Origin: Selaginella moellendorffii
Lineage: Eukaryota > Plantae > Lycopodiophyta
Direction of reading: 5' to 3'
Assembly (NCBI RefSeq): GCF_000143415.4
Contig: NW_003314352.1
Location: forward strand, 119,310 to 183,309
Length of the DNA stretch: 64,000 nt
The notes under the pieces are model-generated. The model ran no database searches, was not told the DNA's origin, and was given only the letters and a program-made list of their open reading frames with translations. A program made the translations under genes and the position numbers. Numbering within the stretch: position 1 is the stretch's first letter; each line of letters begins with the position of its first letter. Positions 1 through 11,355 of the stretch are shown here, piece by piece.

Positions 1-883
1 GATCTCAAGATTCCATTTGATATCATTGTCTAATTCTATGTTAAATAGAAACCATCAACTTTGATAAACTTTAATTTAAAATTATTAAGAATTTCAATAC
101 ATCAATATGACTATATAAAACACAAGAGAGGCTTGAATTTAGATTAAGATAATGTTAATAAATTATGACCTAAATGTTCTTTTAGCAAAAGAGTAATGGT
201 TATAACTACTTTTCATTGGAAGTAACCTAGTAATAGTTTTTTTTTTTCTCACAATGGAAAAAGTTTAAGACAAAAGGCCACACATTAATTCTGCCTTTAT
301 CTCCACCTAGAGCACTTCATTGTGCCTGCACTTAGTGTTTCTAAGCATTATATAGAAGGGTAGAAGTAGTAGATAAATCATTGCTAACTTCAGTATTCTA
401 CAGTGGTGATAATATCTTTTAACAACATTCAAAGTTGAAGCTTGAGAAAGTAAAGGAGGATTGTTTCTCTATTCATCTAAAGGTACATGTGCAACTTAGT
501 TGGATATTTCAAAATTTTCCACAGCTGTATCTCAATCTAGCATTAGTCGACATGAAGAATGAAATGTTGGAGATGCTACCTCTTAAAAAAAGTGGTGCAA
601 CCTTTCCTTTTTCATGCATAAGCTTGATGTTTTCCACAAGATTTTTCACTAGAGACTGATTGATGGACAAGTTTTTAAAGGCTTTAAAATGTGAAAGAAG
701 TTAGTTGGTTCTCTAAGGCTTTAGTTGCCTGATATATTATTCTACTTAGACTAGAGTTTTTGAGAAGGTTATGAAGTGATTTAGTTTGGGAATAAGGATT
801 TTGGCTCCTATACTTAGGAAGGCTGGTGCAACTAGATGAGAATGTTCCCTTATTACTCTTTTGTAGGTCTGAAATTTGACTCA

Positions 884-1203
884 CTCATTTAACATCCTAC
901 CTTTCAGATGTAGCCAACTAAACTAAACGAAAATATTGAGATATTAATCTTAACATGTGGTATAGTCCCCTAACTAACTAACAGAGTTGGACTTGAAACC
1001 CTTCAGATACCAAAAGTAAGTTTTTGAATTTAAACTTTTCGAGAGATCACTCTACTTAATACTACTCAAACTTAAAGATGTTTAATCCCAAATATCCTAA
1101 GACCCTTAACTAATTGGAAATAAAGTGCATTTTTGTTCATGAGCCTTTTCTCTTTATATTGGAACTTTAGATTGTCTATAGTCATTCTTTTTAGTTGCTT
1201 ACA
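884..1203 (-). mobile_element. Degenerate, truncated Cassandra-type TRIM (5' LTR, PBS and part of the internal domain)
   Basis: Aligns by eye to 3955-4279. LTR about 1015-1203 ending ...GTTGCTTACA; decayed Met-PBS complement CTTCAGATACCA at 1001-1012; shared internal sequence AACATGTGG..CCCCTA(A/G)CTAACTAA. Many C>T and G>A changes; second LTR not seen. Confidence 0.75.
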
Positions 1204-1269
1204 CCTTTTTAGTACATAAAGAATATCTTTAATAGCTATTTAAAAACTCTAGTTAATTTATGTAGCAAC

Positions 1270-1350
1270 AATAAAATAGCAAAACAACCTTTTTATTGCA
1301 TTATTTCCAGTGCCTCCTATGCCTCCTTAAATATATGCTCATTAAATATT
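1270..1350 (-). mobile_element. Possible decayed Helitron-like PIF1 helicase fragment (Walker A region)
   Basis: Minus strand reads IYL(frameshift)GGIGGTGNNAIKRLFCYF, resembling the YLGGxGGTGKSxVIKAL Walker A context of Helitron-type PIF1 helicases. Surrounding DNA is AT-rich and full of stops. Confidence 0.35.
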
Positions 1351-3299
1351 GTAAAATAAGAATGTGTAAGAAGTCTATAAAAGCTAGGGGATCCTTCTAT
1401 TATCTAATGCAATAGATGAGATAAATGCCATAAAATTTGGAGAGGCAAGCTATGAGGGATAGATGGGATGCTTCAAAGGAAATAAGATCCATAATTTCTA
1501 TCATAAACTCTACTTTGAAGAGATTGCATATAAATCACAACCAGTAAAAAATTAGTATAATTCCCTTTCTTTTTTTAGAGAAGAAATTTTTTTTATTACA
1601 CAAACATTAGAGCTATGGCTAAATGTGCAAATAAAGTGACTTTTTATGTTGCTCTATTCCTCAAGCCATTTAGTACATATAATTTTAGATTCTAAGAAGT
1701 TCTAACACTTTTTATATAATAATGATATTAAAGAAATAGAGGTTCCCATTAGCTACTGTTGTTGCTATAAAAGATAATGAGAAAGGAAATAAGTTATTAG
1801 ATTTAAACTAGTCTGTTGGCAAACTATAATGTTTTATGAGGTCAATTTCTTCATAGTCAATTTCCTTACTTTCCATAGTTTTAGTTGTGTCCTTGTGTAT
1901 TTTAAACTCATGCAACTATTATACATGTTTAAATGAATGCAATGTCTTCGTACTGTTAAAATATGTTGTACAGCACAATACCTCTTTTGGCAGAAATGTC
2001 AAAAATTTTAACCATTTTAAAGAGTTCTGCAACTACTTTTTGGGTTCTATAAATTGTTTTCTAGAATTTGAATATTGTAAAGGAGTGATTATGGAGGGGG
2101 TAATTGTTTTGTTATATTTTGTTTCATAATACATATTATCATATTTTAACCCTTAAATGTGCTCTCAATAACTTGTTTATAAAGTCTCCTCTCTTGAAAC
2201 AAAAAGAAGTTGCTGCTAGAGTTAATATAGGCATCCTACATTAATAAAGTATTACCTTATTCAACTTGATTATATTGAATTTATAAAACATTTTAAAACT
2301 TGAATTTCTTTCTTGTTCTATAAGCTTTATAAATTATTGCTCCACATTTCTACCATAAGCTTGGCTTTACATATGATCTCCACCATAATGGTTGTATAAG
2401 TTTAATCCTATAATCAGTCATAACTGTTTCACCCAATTCATGAAAATTGATCAGGAAGAAGATTAAAAAGAATGGATGATCTTTATGTTATAGTACTATA
2501 ATGAGCGTATTACCTAAGCAGGGTAACATGTATATACATGAGAAAATAAGCAGCAAAAAGCAAAAATTGACAATTGATAACACATCAAAGTAATATATAT
2601 TAGAATCCAACAATAAAATTGGATTAAGAAGAATTTAGCATAGAGGAAAAAATCAATCTTTATGTGGCTAATGAAAAAATATTTAAAGCTAATATAACCA
2701 TTTTTTCCACATATTGTAATCCTAATAATTTTTTTATAGATTCCTAAATTCAAATATAAAAACCTTGCTCTTTTAAATATATAAGGATAATTCAAATTAA
2801 AAAATCAATAAGTGGAAATATAGATACAAATTTTTATTATTAAAAATATTAATAATTAAAATATATGAGATCCAATAGCTATAATGCCATATACTTATAT
2901 TAGCATTAATTGATATGCACATTTTTGTATTCCATTTCCATATTCAATGCACTTATATTGGTGGAGATGAGAGGTAGCTTTGTCCTTAAGGAGTGTTTGG
3001 ATTTGGGATTTTAATTTAGATTTAACTTTTACATTGTCTAGATCCTCCTTTCCTTAGCTTTCTCAACTTCTTTTCTTTTTCTTTTTCTTTTTAACTTTGG
3101 AGTAGCAGTTGGTGCAGTTGCTTGATGCTATGTAGTTATAATTGAACAATCAAACTCAATTGATGGCAGCATTCATAGCACATGCTACAACTCATCCTAC
3201 TCTTACTGCCAATCCTTGTGTTCAACTGAAGTTTTTCTGTAAGAGTCATGGAGATAATATATACCATTAGTTTGATCATTTTACGATGATTGTCACACA

Positions 3300-5000
3300 T
3301 TATTTTTAGGATGATGTTTAGCATTTGCGTGAGTTTCCCATGTATCTCCAAGGGACAGCACTGAATGGTTTGAGAGTAGCCACTCATGAGGATTGGAGCA
3401 TTCTCTAGTGAATTTGTAGGTGGTGTTAATTGTTCTTAATCCCTTTATAAAAAATATTTTAGTTGTTACACATGCACAATTTCTGGAGGATTGGCTTATT
3501 GGTTATCATGCTAAACCTCATAAACTTGTGGTCCAACTTGCCACAACACCCAATACCGTCCCTTCCACTGAGCAAGGAGTTATAAATTTGGGGAAACAAA
3601 TTAACACCAAATCATCCATTTTGTACTCTATAAGTGTTTGGCAGACTTTTCTTGGACCAATGGAAGGATGCTTATTAAATACTAAATGTAAGCTCTTAAG
3701 TTTTGGACTTCTTGGGCACCTAGCCCAATACTATTCAAACCTAAAGACACTTAACCCTAAGTATTCTAAGACCCTTAACCATTTGGAAAAAGGGGTGCAC
3801 TCTTGTTCATAAGCTCTTTCCCTTTATATTTGAACCCTTATAGATCGTCTCTTGAGTCGTTCCTTTTGGTTGTTTACAATCCACCACACTTCTTTACAAG
3901 TTCATGCCCTCGTGAATGGAAGTTGAGAGCCACAGCTCTCTTGAGAGCCCCGCTCTCTTGACACTCTACCCTTTGGGTCGAGCCCAGCGAAAGTAAATTG
4001 AACCTGCTAGATGTCAATCAACATGTGGTGCGATTCCCCTAGCTAACTAATAGAGTCAGACCCGAGACCTCTCTAATACCAAATATAAGCTTTTAAGTTT
4101 TAGACTTCCCAGGAGGTCACCCAACCTAGTCTTATTCAAACCTAAGGATGCTTAACCCTAAGTATCTCAAAACCCTTAACCATTTGGAAAAAGGGGTGTA
4201 ATCTTGTTCATGGGCTCTTTCCCTCTATATTTGAAGCTTTATGGATCGTCTCTCGAGTCGTTCCCTTTGGTTGTTTACACTAAACCCAAAACCTAGTATC
4301 GGTAGTTTGGCAATCACAAATGTAAACTTAATTATGTTGGTAAAATTAGACCACGATAATATAGGAATTTATATGGTGAAGCATTAACAAAACTTTACAC
4401 CCTTGTGATATACATATACTAAAGATATAGCAAATAATTATCCCAATCCAAATGCTGAAAGTTTAAATACTTTGCGATCATCCCTCTGAAAGTCTAAATA
4501 AAACCATCTGACTGTGGATGATAAGCATTTGTGAAAGTGTGGCATAACCCTAATCGATATGTTAAAATGCAAAAATACCTCAACCATAAATGTGGGACCA
4601 TTATTCGAAAGAATTGACTTTGGATAGGAATGTTAAAACACCATTTGATTGAAGGGGAAGTAAGTTGCAGATACACCAGTAAGAACTCTAATTTCCACCT
4701 AGTGAGGCAAGTAATTAAAAGCAATAATGATATACTCACTGCTAACAATTGACTGTGGAAAAGACCTATCATATAAAATGCCACCAACTCAAATAGGTAG
4801 GAAATTGTAATTGACTTCAACCCTCCTTTTGTAACAAAAGTGAGAGTATTACAAATTTGGCACTAAATATAGTTATGTAAATATTGGATAACATCACGTT
4901 GCATCTTCAATTAAGAGAAAGATCTATGCAGCTCTTTAGTCATACAATGATGTCCCATATGCCTACATAAAATAAATAAATCATGATAAGTGTGGAAAAA
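3300..5000 (-). mobile_element. Degenerate Ty3/gypsy-type (or Ginger-type) integrase remnant, interrupted by the TRIM
   Basis: Minus-strand translation with stops gives an HHCC-like region near 4860-4985, HTFTNAYHPQSDG, TFRGMIAKYL..DWDNYL..SPYKFLYYRGLILP, and beyond the TRIM a GPY/F-like module YKMDDLVL..VGPQVYEV..IVHV*QLKYF. Possible chromodomain-like DTWE near 3340. Confidence 0.7.
3687..4279 (-). mobile_element. Complete Cassandra-type TRIM retrotransposon with 5S rRNA-derived LTRs
   Basis: Direct repeats at 3687-3878 and 4084-4279 with TG(TA)..ACA ends; CTAAA TSD at 3682-3686 and 4280-4284; PBS TGGTATTAGAG (minus strand, 4081-4071); PPT-like AAGAAGTGTGGTGGAT next to the other LTR; about 205 bp non-coding internal region; 4103-4123 is the reverse complement of plant 5S rRNA TGGGTGACCTCCTGGGAAGTC. 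Confidence 0.92.
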
Positions 5001-5181
5001 ATATGAAATAAAGATTGAAAGCACCACCAGCCATAATAATCATCAGAATCCGTCCTTACAAAATAGAGAAGGTCATCTTTAAGACATCAAAGCTCTTAAA
5101 TAATTTAAGCCAACTTTAGAATGTGCACCATGTTAATATCATTAAATAATTTGCTGCACATGCATGCAGCAATGCTCATAA

Positions 5182-5833
5182 CAAAGAATACTGTACACAT
5201 TTGTCCACCACATTGCTGGCTTTGATAAAGAAACACTGGAATAAAAAAAGCAGAGTCAAACATCTGGAACATCTCTAGTAAGTTTGATATCTTTTAGAGC
5301 AGGAGGGCTTTGATACCACAACAAATCCTCACATATCAGGTTACCTTGCCCTCGCACCAAAACAGCAAGGTTGAAGAAAATCTTATGCACTTCTCCTATT
5401 TGATTTTGGATCTCTCTCTCTCGTTCCTCGATGATGGCTTCATTGAATATAAGGTCGTTCTCCAGACGCAAAACATCTTGCCTGGATCAATCAGCCAGTT
5501 CAGAGATGAAGGAAGAATGGACGGAGGGTGGATACGCTTCTTCCCATTCGGCACCTTTCTTCTGGACTGCTTGAAGCAGAACTGTCTGGAAATCTCTTGC
5601 AAGCTTTACATCCGGCCTGTATCATCGATCAATGAATAAACATCCAGAATAAAAGAAGAGAAGATTATGTTACACTCATCTTAAGTCAAGGATTTTGATT
5701 CGTTTTCTCTCTCGTCCAGTCACAAATTGCGGCAACAAATTGGGAACATGACCTCGAATGCGTTGAAGGAAGCAAGCAAAGTCGACCAGTGTTCCAGGAC
5801 TTGCGGACACTCATGTTGATTTGGAAAACGAGC
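5182..5833 (-). pseudogene. Scrambled, deleted duplicate of the SYP2 syntaxin gene at 11586-12739
   Basis: RLENDLIFNEAIIEERE..IQNQIGEVHKIF matches the SYP2 SNARE exon. The 3'UTR and intron sequence are also shared. Two segments (about 5251-5296 and 5691-5799) are inverted relative to the parent. Confidence 0.85.
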
Positions 5834-5839
5834 AGTGCC

Positions 5840-6480
5840 TCAAGACCTGGATGAGTCTGAAGACGAACAAGCGATGGTGGAGATATATGATGTTAGACCC
5901 GATGGTTTCCTTCCCCTAGGTACGTACAGTACATCAACTATAGCTAACTGTTTTCAGCCAACGGGAACCCTCAAGTACCCGAACCCTTTACCTCTTGCAA
6001 GCCTATGGTGATGGACCTTTGTTTTCTTTTTCCGAGTTTGTGGTTTGAGATTTAGTGGCTTTTGATCAGGAAAAGAACCTCAAGCTTGTTTGTAAAGTCG
6101 GCTCTTACAAGTTTGTGATAAAAAACGGGGACATAAAAGAATGGTTTGTAAACGGAAAGAATGACGCTATTGTAGTTCCTGTTGGAGGTCAGATACAAAA
6201 AGCAGAGGGGTGTTTGGCATTTGACACGAGCTTTTCTCTTTTCAGAAATATGTTATGCTGCTACTGGCTTGGATATCATGTAACTTATTTCGTTTTTTAC
6301 CTTTGAACTGCCAGGACAAGTTAGTGTGCCCACAATCTAAACTTCTTTCTGAAGTACAAGGAAGGACAGCTAAATTTCCTTATTCTCTTTGGAGTACCTG
6401 AGATAAAGAAGAGCAAACTGCACCAGCTATACCAAGACAAACACAAACAAGAAACCAAATACTACGAAGAGGAAATGCTA
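5840..6480 (+). pseudogene. Spliced gene fragments including the N-terminal part of a Macro (Appr-1-p) domain
   Basis: ORF 6055-6306 contains YKFVIKNGDIKEWFVNGKNDAIVVP, similar to plant macro-domain ILKGDITKWxVDxxSDAIVNP. Short GT..AG introns are present, but no downstream GGGG loop is seen. Confidence 0.45.
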
Positions 6481-6827
6481 GAGTGAAAATTCAGAAGAAA
6501 AGCTTGGTTGTGTGATTCTATGCAGCGAACGTGGAATTATATACACAAATGGCTGGCGGCTAGCCTTGCAGGATGAATCAACGCGAGAGCACCGAGGTGG
6601 TCTCTCGGTCAACCCCGAAGAATACCTGGTCCGAGTGGACGAGAGTGCTCCAAACTGCTGCTGTGCTGATTGGAAGGAGCAAGTCTTGTACTGGGTGAGT
6701 CTAATAACGTCTACATGCTCCTTTTCTATCGACACAAGATCTGATCAAACCCTGTGATGGTTTCGTCAAAGGCTCGGATTGATGTCTTTTTTTCAAGTCG
6801 TCATTTTCTTTCATGTTGAAATGTCCA

Positions 6828-8519
6828 CTAAGTAAAGTTAAGAAGCGTGGCCGACCTGGATCCCCTCTCACCGTCCTCCTGGATGATACAAGCACTCAGC
6901 AAGCTCAGCCTCGACATGAGATCATCGCAGCCTGCAAACTTGATCTCGATTAGTTCCTCCGCCTCAGCAAGCCACCCCGACCTCGCGAACAGGTCCACCA
7001 GGCACCGGTAGTGATCCAGCTTCACCTCCATCCCCCTATCATCTCTCATGGACCGAAAGTTGGCGAGGCCCTCGCCAAGCAACCCCGCATGGCTGCAAGA
7101 GAAGAGCACGCTGAGCAAAGTCACCGAGTCTGGAGCCAGTCCCACCTGGTCCATAGCCCACAAAACTTCGAGCGCCTGCCTCGCGAGGCCCAGCTCCGCG
7201 TAAGCTCCGATCATGGAGTTGAAGCTCACCGCGTTCCTCTCCTCCATCCCGTCAAACACTGCCCGGGCTTGGTCCACAGCGCCGCACCTCCCATACATGG
7301 TCACCAGCGCCGAGCCGACCATCAAGTCCGAGTAGAACCCCATGGCTAGAACTCGAGAGTGGAGCTGGCGTCCCGCTCGCAAGCTCGCCGTCGTAGAGAA
7401 TCCCCCAAGCAAGCTCACGAACGTCAGCTCGGTGGACCTCACCCCGTCCTGGTCCATCTGCCGGAGGATCGCCACGCAAGTCACGCTGTCACGCTGCTGG
7501 GCGAAAGCTGCGATGAGCGCGTTCCAAGTCGAGCTCTCCCTCCACACCATGGAGTCGAACACCTGCTTTGATTCCGCTGGGCTCCCACACTTGCCGTAAG
7601 CGTCCACCAGTGCCGACTTTAGGCAGTCGTTCTCCAGTCCGTCCTCGACAATCCTGGCATGAACTCTCCGGCTGTGTTCCAGGTCCCCCAGACCCGCAAA
7701 GGCGTCGACCACGCTCACGAAAGTCACCTCGTTGGCTCTCACGGGCATTCTCTCGTAGAGCTCGACGCACTCCCGGTACAGTCCCTGCTGAGCGTAAGCT
7801 GCTATCAACGCGTTCCAGGAGACCACATCGTTCTTCGAGGAGATCTTCTCGAACACCATCCTAGCAGCGCCAAAGTCAGCACACTTCCCATACATAGTGA
7901 CCAAAGCCGTCGCCACCACCAAGTCTCGATCAAAGCCTTCTTCGACCACACGGCTGTGGACTCGCTTGCACTCTCTCGGGTCCAGCAGCCCAGAGCACGC
8001 ACTAATCACGTTCACGTAAGTCACAAAGTTGGCCTTCACACCGTCCAAGTCCATCTTCCGGAAGAGAGCAAGTGCCCCGCTGTAGTCCCCGTTGACGGCA
8101 AATGCAGCGATCGCAATCGTCCAGGAGTAGACATTGCACGTCTTGATGGAGCTAAACACCAGCCATGCCTTGTCCAAGCTTCCACACTTGCCATACATCT
8201 CCACCAAGCAGTTCAGGAGCAATCTTTCGGGACGCTGCCTCCATCTCTCGTAGATAGTTGCATGAAGACGTTCCCCCTCAGCCAAAAGCTTGTAGTCTCC
8301 ACACTTGAGTAGCAAATGCGCGTAAGTCTGAGCGCCTTCGTCTACCCCTGCCTGGACCAGTCTGTCTACTTGATCCCTGACCTTCCCCTTCTCAGCCTCT
8401 ATTCTTCCCTGCTCGCTTAAAAACTTGTAGTCCCTTCTGGAAACCAAGACCACCTCCCAGATTTTGGAGAACGTAAGCTTCACTGGATTACTTCGTCGCC
8501 TGTTTAGAATTGCCAACAT
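6828..8519 (-). CDS. PLS-class pentatricopeptide repeat protein with truncated E domain
   Basis: Single 563-aa ORF with repeated MYGKCG/..SWNALIAAYAQ motifs and the P2/L2/S2-E signature HYRCLVDLFARSG..LSLLSAC. No DYW domain. Confidence 0.93.
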   Translation of the reverse strand: MLAILNRRRSNPVKLTFSKIWEVVLVSRRDYKFLSEQGRIEAEKGKVRDQVDRLVQAGVDEGAQTYAHLLLKCGDYKLLAEGERLHATIYERWRQRPERLLLNCLVEMYGKCGSLDKAWLVFSSIKTCNVYSWTIAIAAFAVNGDYSGALALFRKMDLDGVKANFVTYVNVISACSGLLDPRECKRVHSRVVEEGFDRDLVVATALVTMYGKCADFGAARMVFEKISSKNDVVSWNALIAAYAQQGLYRECVELYERMPVRANEVTFVSVVDAFAGLGDLEHSRRVHARIVEDGLENDCLKSALVDAYGKCGSPAESKQVFDSMVWRESSTWNALIAAFAQQRDSVTCVAILRQMDQDGVRSTELTFVSLLGGFSTTASLRAGRQLHSRVLAMGFYSDLMVGSALVTMYGRCGAVDQARAVFDGMEERNAVSFNSMIGAYAELGLARQALEVLWAMDQVGLAPDSVTLLSVLFSCSHAGLLGEGLANFRSMRDDRGMEVKLDHYRCLVDLFARSGWLAEAEELIEIKFAGCDDLMSRLSLLSACIIQEDGERGSRSATLLNFT

Positions 8520-8663
8520 CAAGAAGATCAGTCACAAAAGAATCGTGGATACATCTCACCGGTAAGCTGCAAAGGAAAAACCCTGCTTCTGCTCTTATTG
8601 GAAGTCTCAAAATACAACGCTCTATACCTCAAAGAACTGTTTATTTACTAGGATATACCAGAA

Positions 8664-9894
8664 TCAGCGACAGTCGAAGTAGCTCTCCAGGGTGTTCGTT
8701 TCAAGAACGTTGGACGGCATGGATCCCAAGGGTGCTGGAGATATGAGGAGCTCGTGGTGTATGTACCGCTGCAAACTAACCGCGTCAAGTGGGAGAACAG
8801 ATGAGAATGAACTTACAGCCAGCTGATTAACAATGTCTACCGACGTATCGATGTGCCAGTCAGGCTCGAGTTGCCTCACGAAGGAGCACCTCCCAGCCTC
8901 GGAACTGCAAAAGAGTACCTGAATTCAAAGCACCAACTCAGTGAAAAACCTTTTGCAAAAAGTACTTCGGCTTCACCTTGTTACGGTTGAAGTTTGCTTT
9001 GCTGAACAGGCCGATCTGATCCAACGCGGCGAGTATTGCTTCCTGCACAGATATCTGTGAGCAGCGAAGATACACATCCATACACACACCTCGCTTGCAT
9101 CATCGTTAACTCTGGACATCAGGTAGAGATCACAGCACTGGGCCAGTTCTAGGAGAACGTCAGCTGCCGCTGGTCGCACCACAGCATGATTCTGTTAGCG
9201 AGAACTTGACGATTGTCAAACACGCCTAAACTTTCATCGTGAAAAAAGCTAAACTCGGAGTAGAATGCAAACTCACAAGGAGGAAGCTACCTCGAGATCA
9301 GCAGTCGAATTTTCCTGAAGCACCACTCCAAGTAGTTGGCAAGTCACCTGGTCACGAATTTCACCATGTCAACACAGAAGAAAAGTTATAAACTTCGCTA
9401 CCTTTCGTCCACCTTTGAGCTGACGCTTCACCGACTGAGCCAAAGTGAGCTAAAAGGAAGAAGAGAGCGCATTGTCACTACACAAAGAAGAAGGAAACGA
9501 TTTTTTTTCTAGCTTACCTTTGATAAAGGAGCCTCCTGGATGGCCACTCCACGCTGCCTGGCTTGTGATCCACGGGACTCAATCGCAGTGGAGCTGCCAG
9601 AGGTGGAGTCCGAAGAGGACGAGGAGGGAGCCTCCACTTTGGCGGTGGGCTTGGGACGACGAACTGGATTGGAGCTTCTCATGTACCTCCAGGTACACAC
9701 CAGAGCTATGGCAAACCCTGCGATTGCCCCGATGGAGCTAGCATCCTACAATTTCCCCGAGCTAAGAATCGGTGTTCTTGAGAGCAAAGCGCTGCTCTTA
9801 CCTTGTGATGCATGAGAAAGGAGACTAGAGCTGACATCTTCTTGCTGGCAGCTCGGAATATCTGCGCGAGCTCCTCCAGCACCTCATTCGCCAT
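8664..9894 (-). CDS. PEX22: Peroxisome biogenesis protein 22 (multi-exon)
   Basis: Exons encode GGRK/VTCQLLGVVL, VRPAAADVLLELAQCCDLYLMSRVNDDASE, VLFCSSEAG..FVRQLEPDWHIDTS and RYIHHELL. N-terminal TM segment; about 50-bp GT-AG introns. Confidence 0.9.
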
Positions 9895-10181
9895 TCCGAT
9901 GAGCTCCCAGATCGATCGCGCCCTGCGTTCTTCGCTTGCATCGAAAACCTAGACTCTCGATCCAGATCTTACCTCGCGATTTCGGAAACTCTCGCGTCGA
10001 CCGGCTCAGCGCCTCGAATTCCTGGCACCACGCGCCTTGCCGCAATCGCGCCCTTCGATCACGCCATAGCCCACTGGAAGGAACAAATATTCCTCCGCGA
10101 CTCGGTTAGAATGACTGAGATGGTATATTCTAGAGACCTCGACGGAATGTACGTTGGAAGAAATTAGGGTTCTTGGGCGCG

Positions 10182-10653
10182 ATGGACGACGTCGTCTTCA
10201 GGTATTCGCTTCGTTCTTTTGATTCGATCGATCCCATTGAATCCATCCATCGAAATCTCTCGCAGCTGTGTGTGCTGTGGCGCGCTTCTCAATCTCGATC
10301 CTTCCAACGTCTACCCTGCCGATACGTATTTCGAGGCCGGGAACAAGGGGACGATCTCCTTCACCGCCATCGACGACACGAAATTCAGGCAAGAGCGCGA
10401 CAAGAGGATTTTCCCCTTCTTCGAGACGATCGATCACTGGGGGATCCAGCGCGACCGGATCAAGCTGTTGTGCATTTCTTGCGGGAAGCTCGTTGGCTAC
10501 ATTTACAAAGATGGGCCGGCCATCACCGACAATCCAACAGGGCAGTATGGATTTGGGCCGAGCCAAGTAGTTCCTCGACTTCCAAGGTATCGACTCAAGA
10601 TCAAAGCTTTGCATCAATCCAGGGCCGGAGCAGCAGCACAGCAAGGAAAGTAG
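10182..10653 (+). CDS. At2g17705/At4g08330-like Zn-binding (Yippee/Mis18-like fold) protein, 2 exons
   Basis: MDDVVFS|CVCCGALLNL..YFEAGNKGTISF..PFFETIDHWGIQR..CISCGKLVGYIYKDGP..SQVVPRLPRYRLKIKAL; intron 10202-10265. Confidence 0.85.
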
Positions 10654-10849
10654 CTCTAGAGAAATCGTTATAGCTCTTCGAAACTTCCAGGGAGAACTTC
10701 GGTGATCTTCACTTTGTGGTGCTGGTGATGATCAAGGCTATTTGGAAACTTACTTTGGCTTGAAGAGAGATCTTTGGCCGACGCATTAGAAACTTCCTGT
10801 AGAGGTCCAGGAAGAGCTTTGGTGATCTTCAGTCCAAGAGAAGTCTCCT

Positions 10850-11355
10850 CTAAAGCTGGAGAAAGAAGAGATCAGTTCCATGCCCGTCCTGAACGAGAAT
10901 CTCAAACCTGGTGGTGATAGGGGCGATATCCTGCTCCGGAAGAACTTTGGTGATCTTCACGCAGTACCTCTTGTGGGGCTCTACATGCGATTCTCGGATA
11001 CAGCCGATATGTGTTCCACACTTCTTACACCGCAGCTTGGATGTTTCTCTCCGGCGATTTTTGACAATGCTCCAGCTCCAGCTCCAGCAGTACGTGGTAG
11101 CCTCTTCCAACTGGAACCGGCTGTCATCGATGTCCACGAACACCAGAACTTTCTTTCGGCTGAAGCTTTCGTATTTGCTCCCCCTCTCCTGCACCAAGCG
11201 ATCCGACGAGCTTAGCTTCAAAGCAAATCCGCAAGCTCCACAGCTGAAACGAGAAGGATCAAAATGCCGTCCTCCAGAAAAAAATTCTTCACGAACCTGT
11301 AGCTGACATCTCGTTGGGACTTGGACAGAGAAGGCTGCCACACTCGATCCTCCAT
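10850..11355 (-). CDS. At4g08330-like Zn-binding protein (convergent paralog)
   Basis: MEDRVWQPSLSKSQRDVSYS|CGACGFALKLSSSDR..GSKY..DIDDSRF..KLRCKKCGTHIG; intron 11244-11296. The 3' end is uncertain. Confidence 0.75.

Noticed and set aside
4103-4156. Functional 5S rRNA gene
   Set aside because: Only the internal control region is present, within an LTR. The 5' and 3' ends of 5S are absent.
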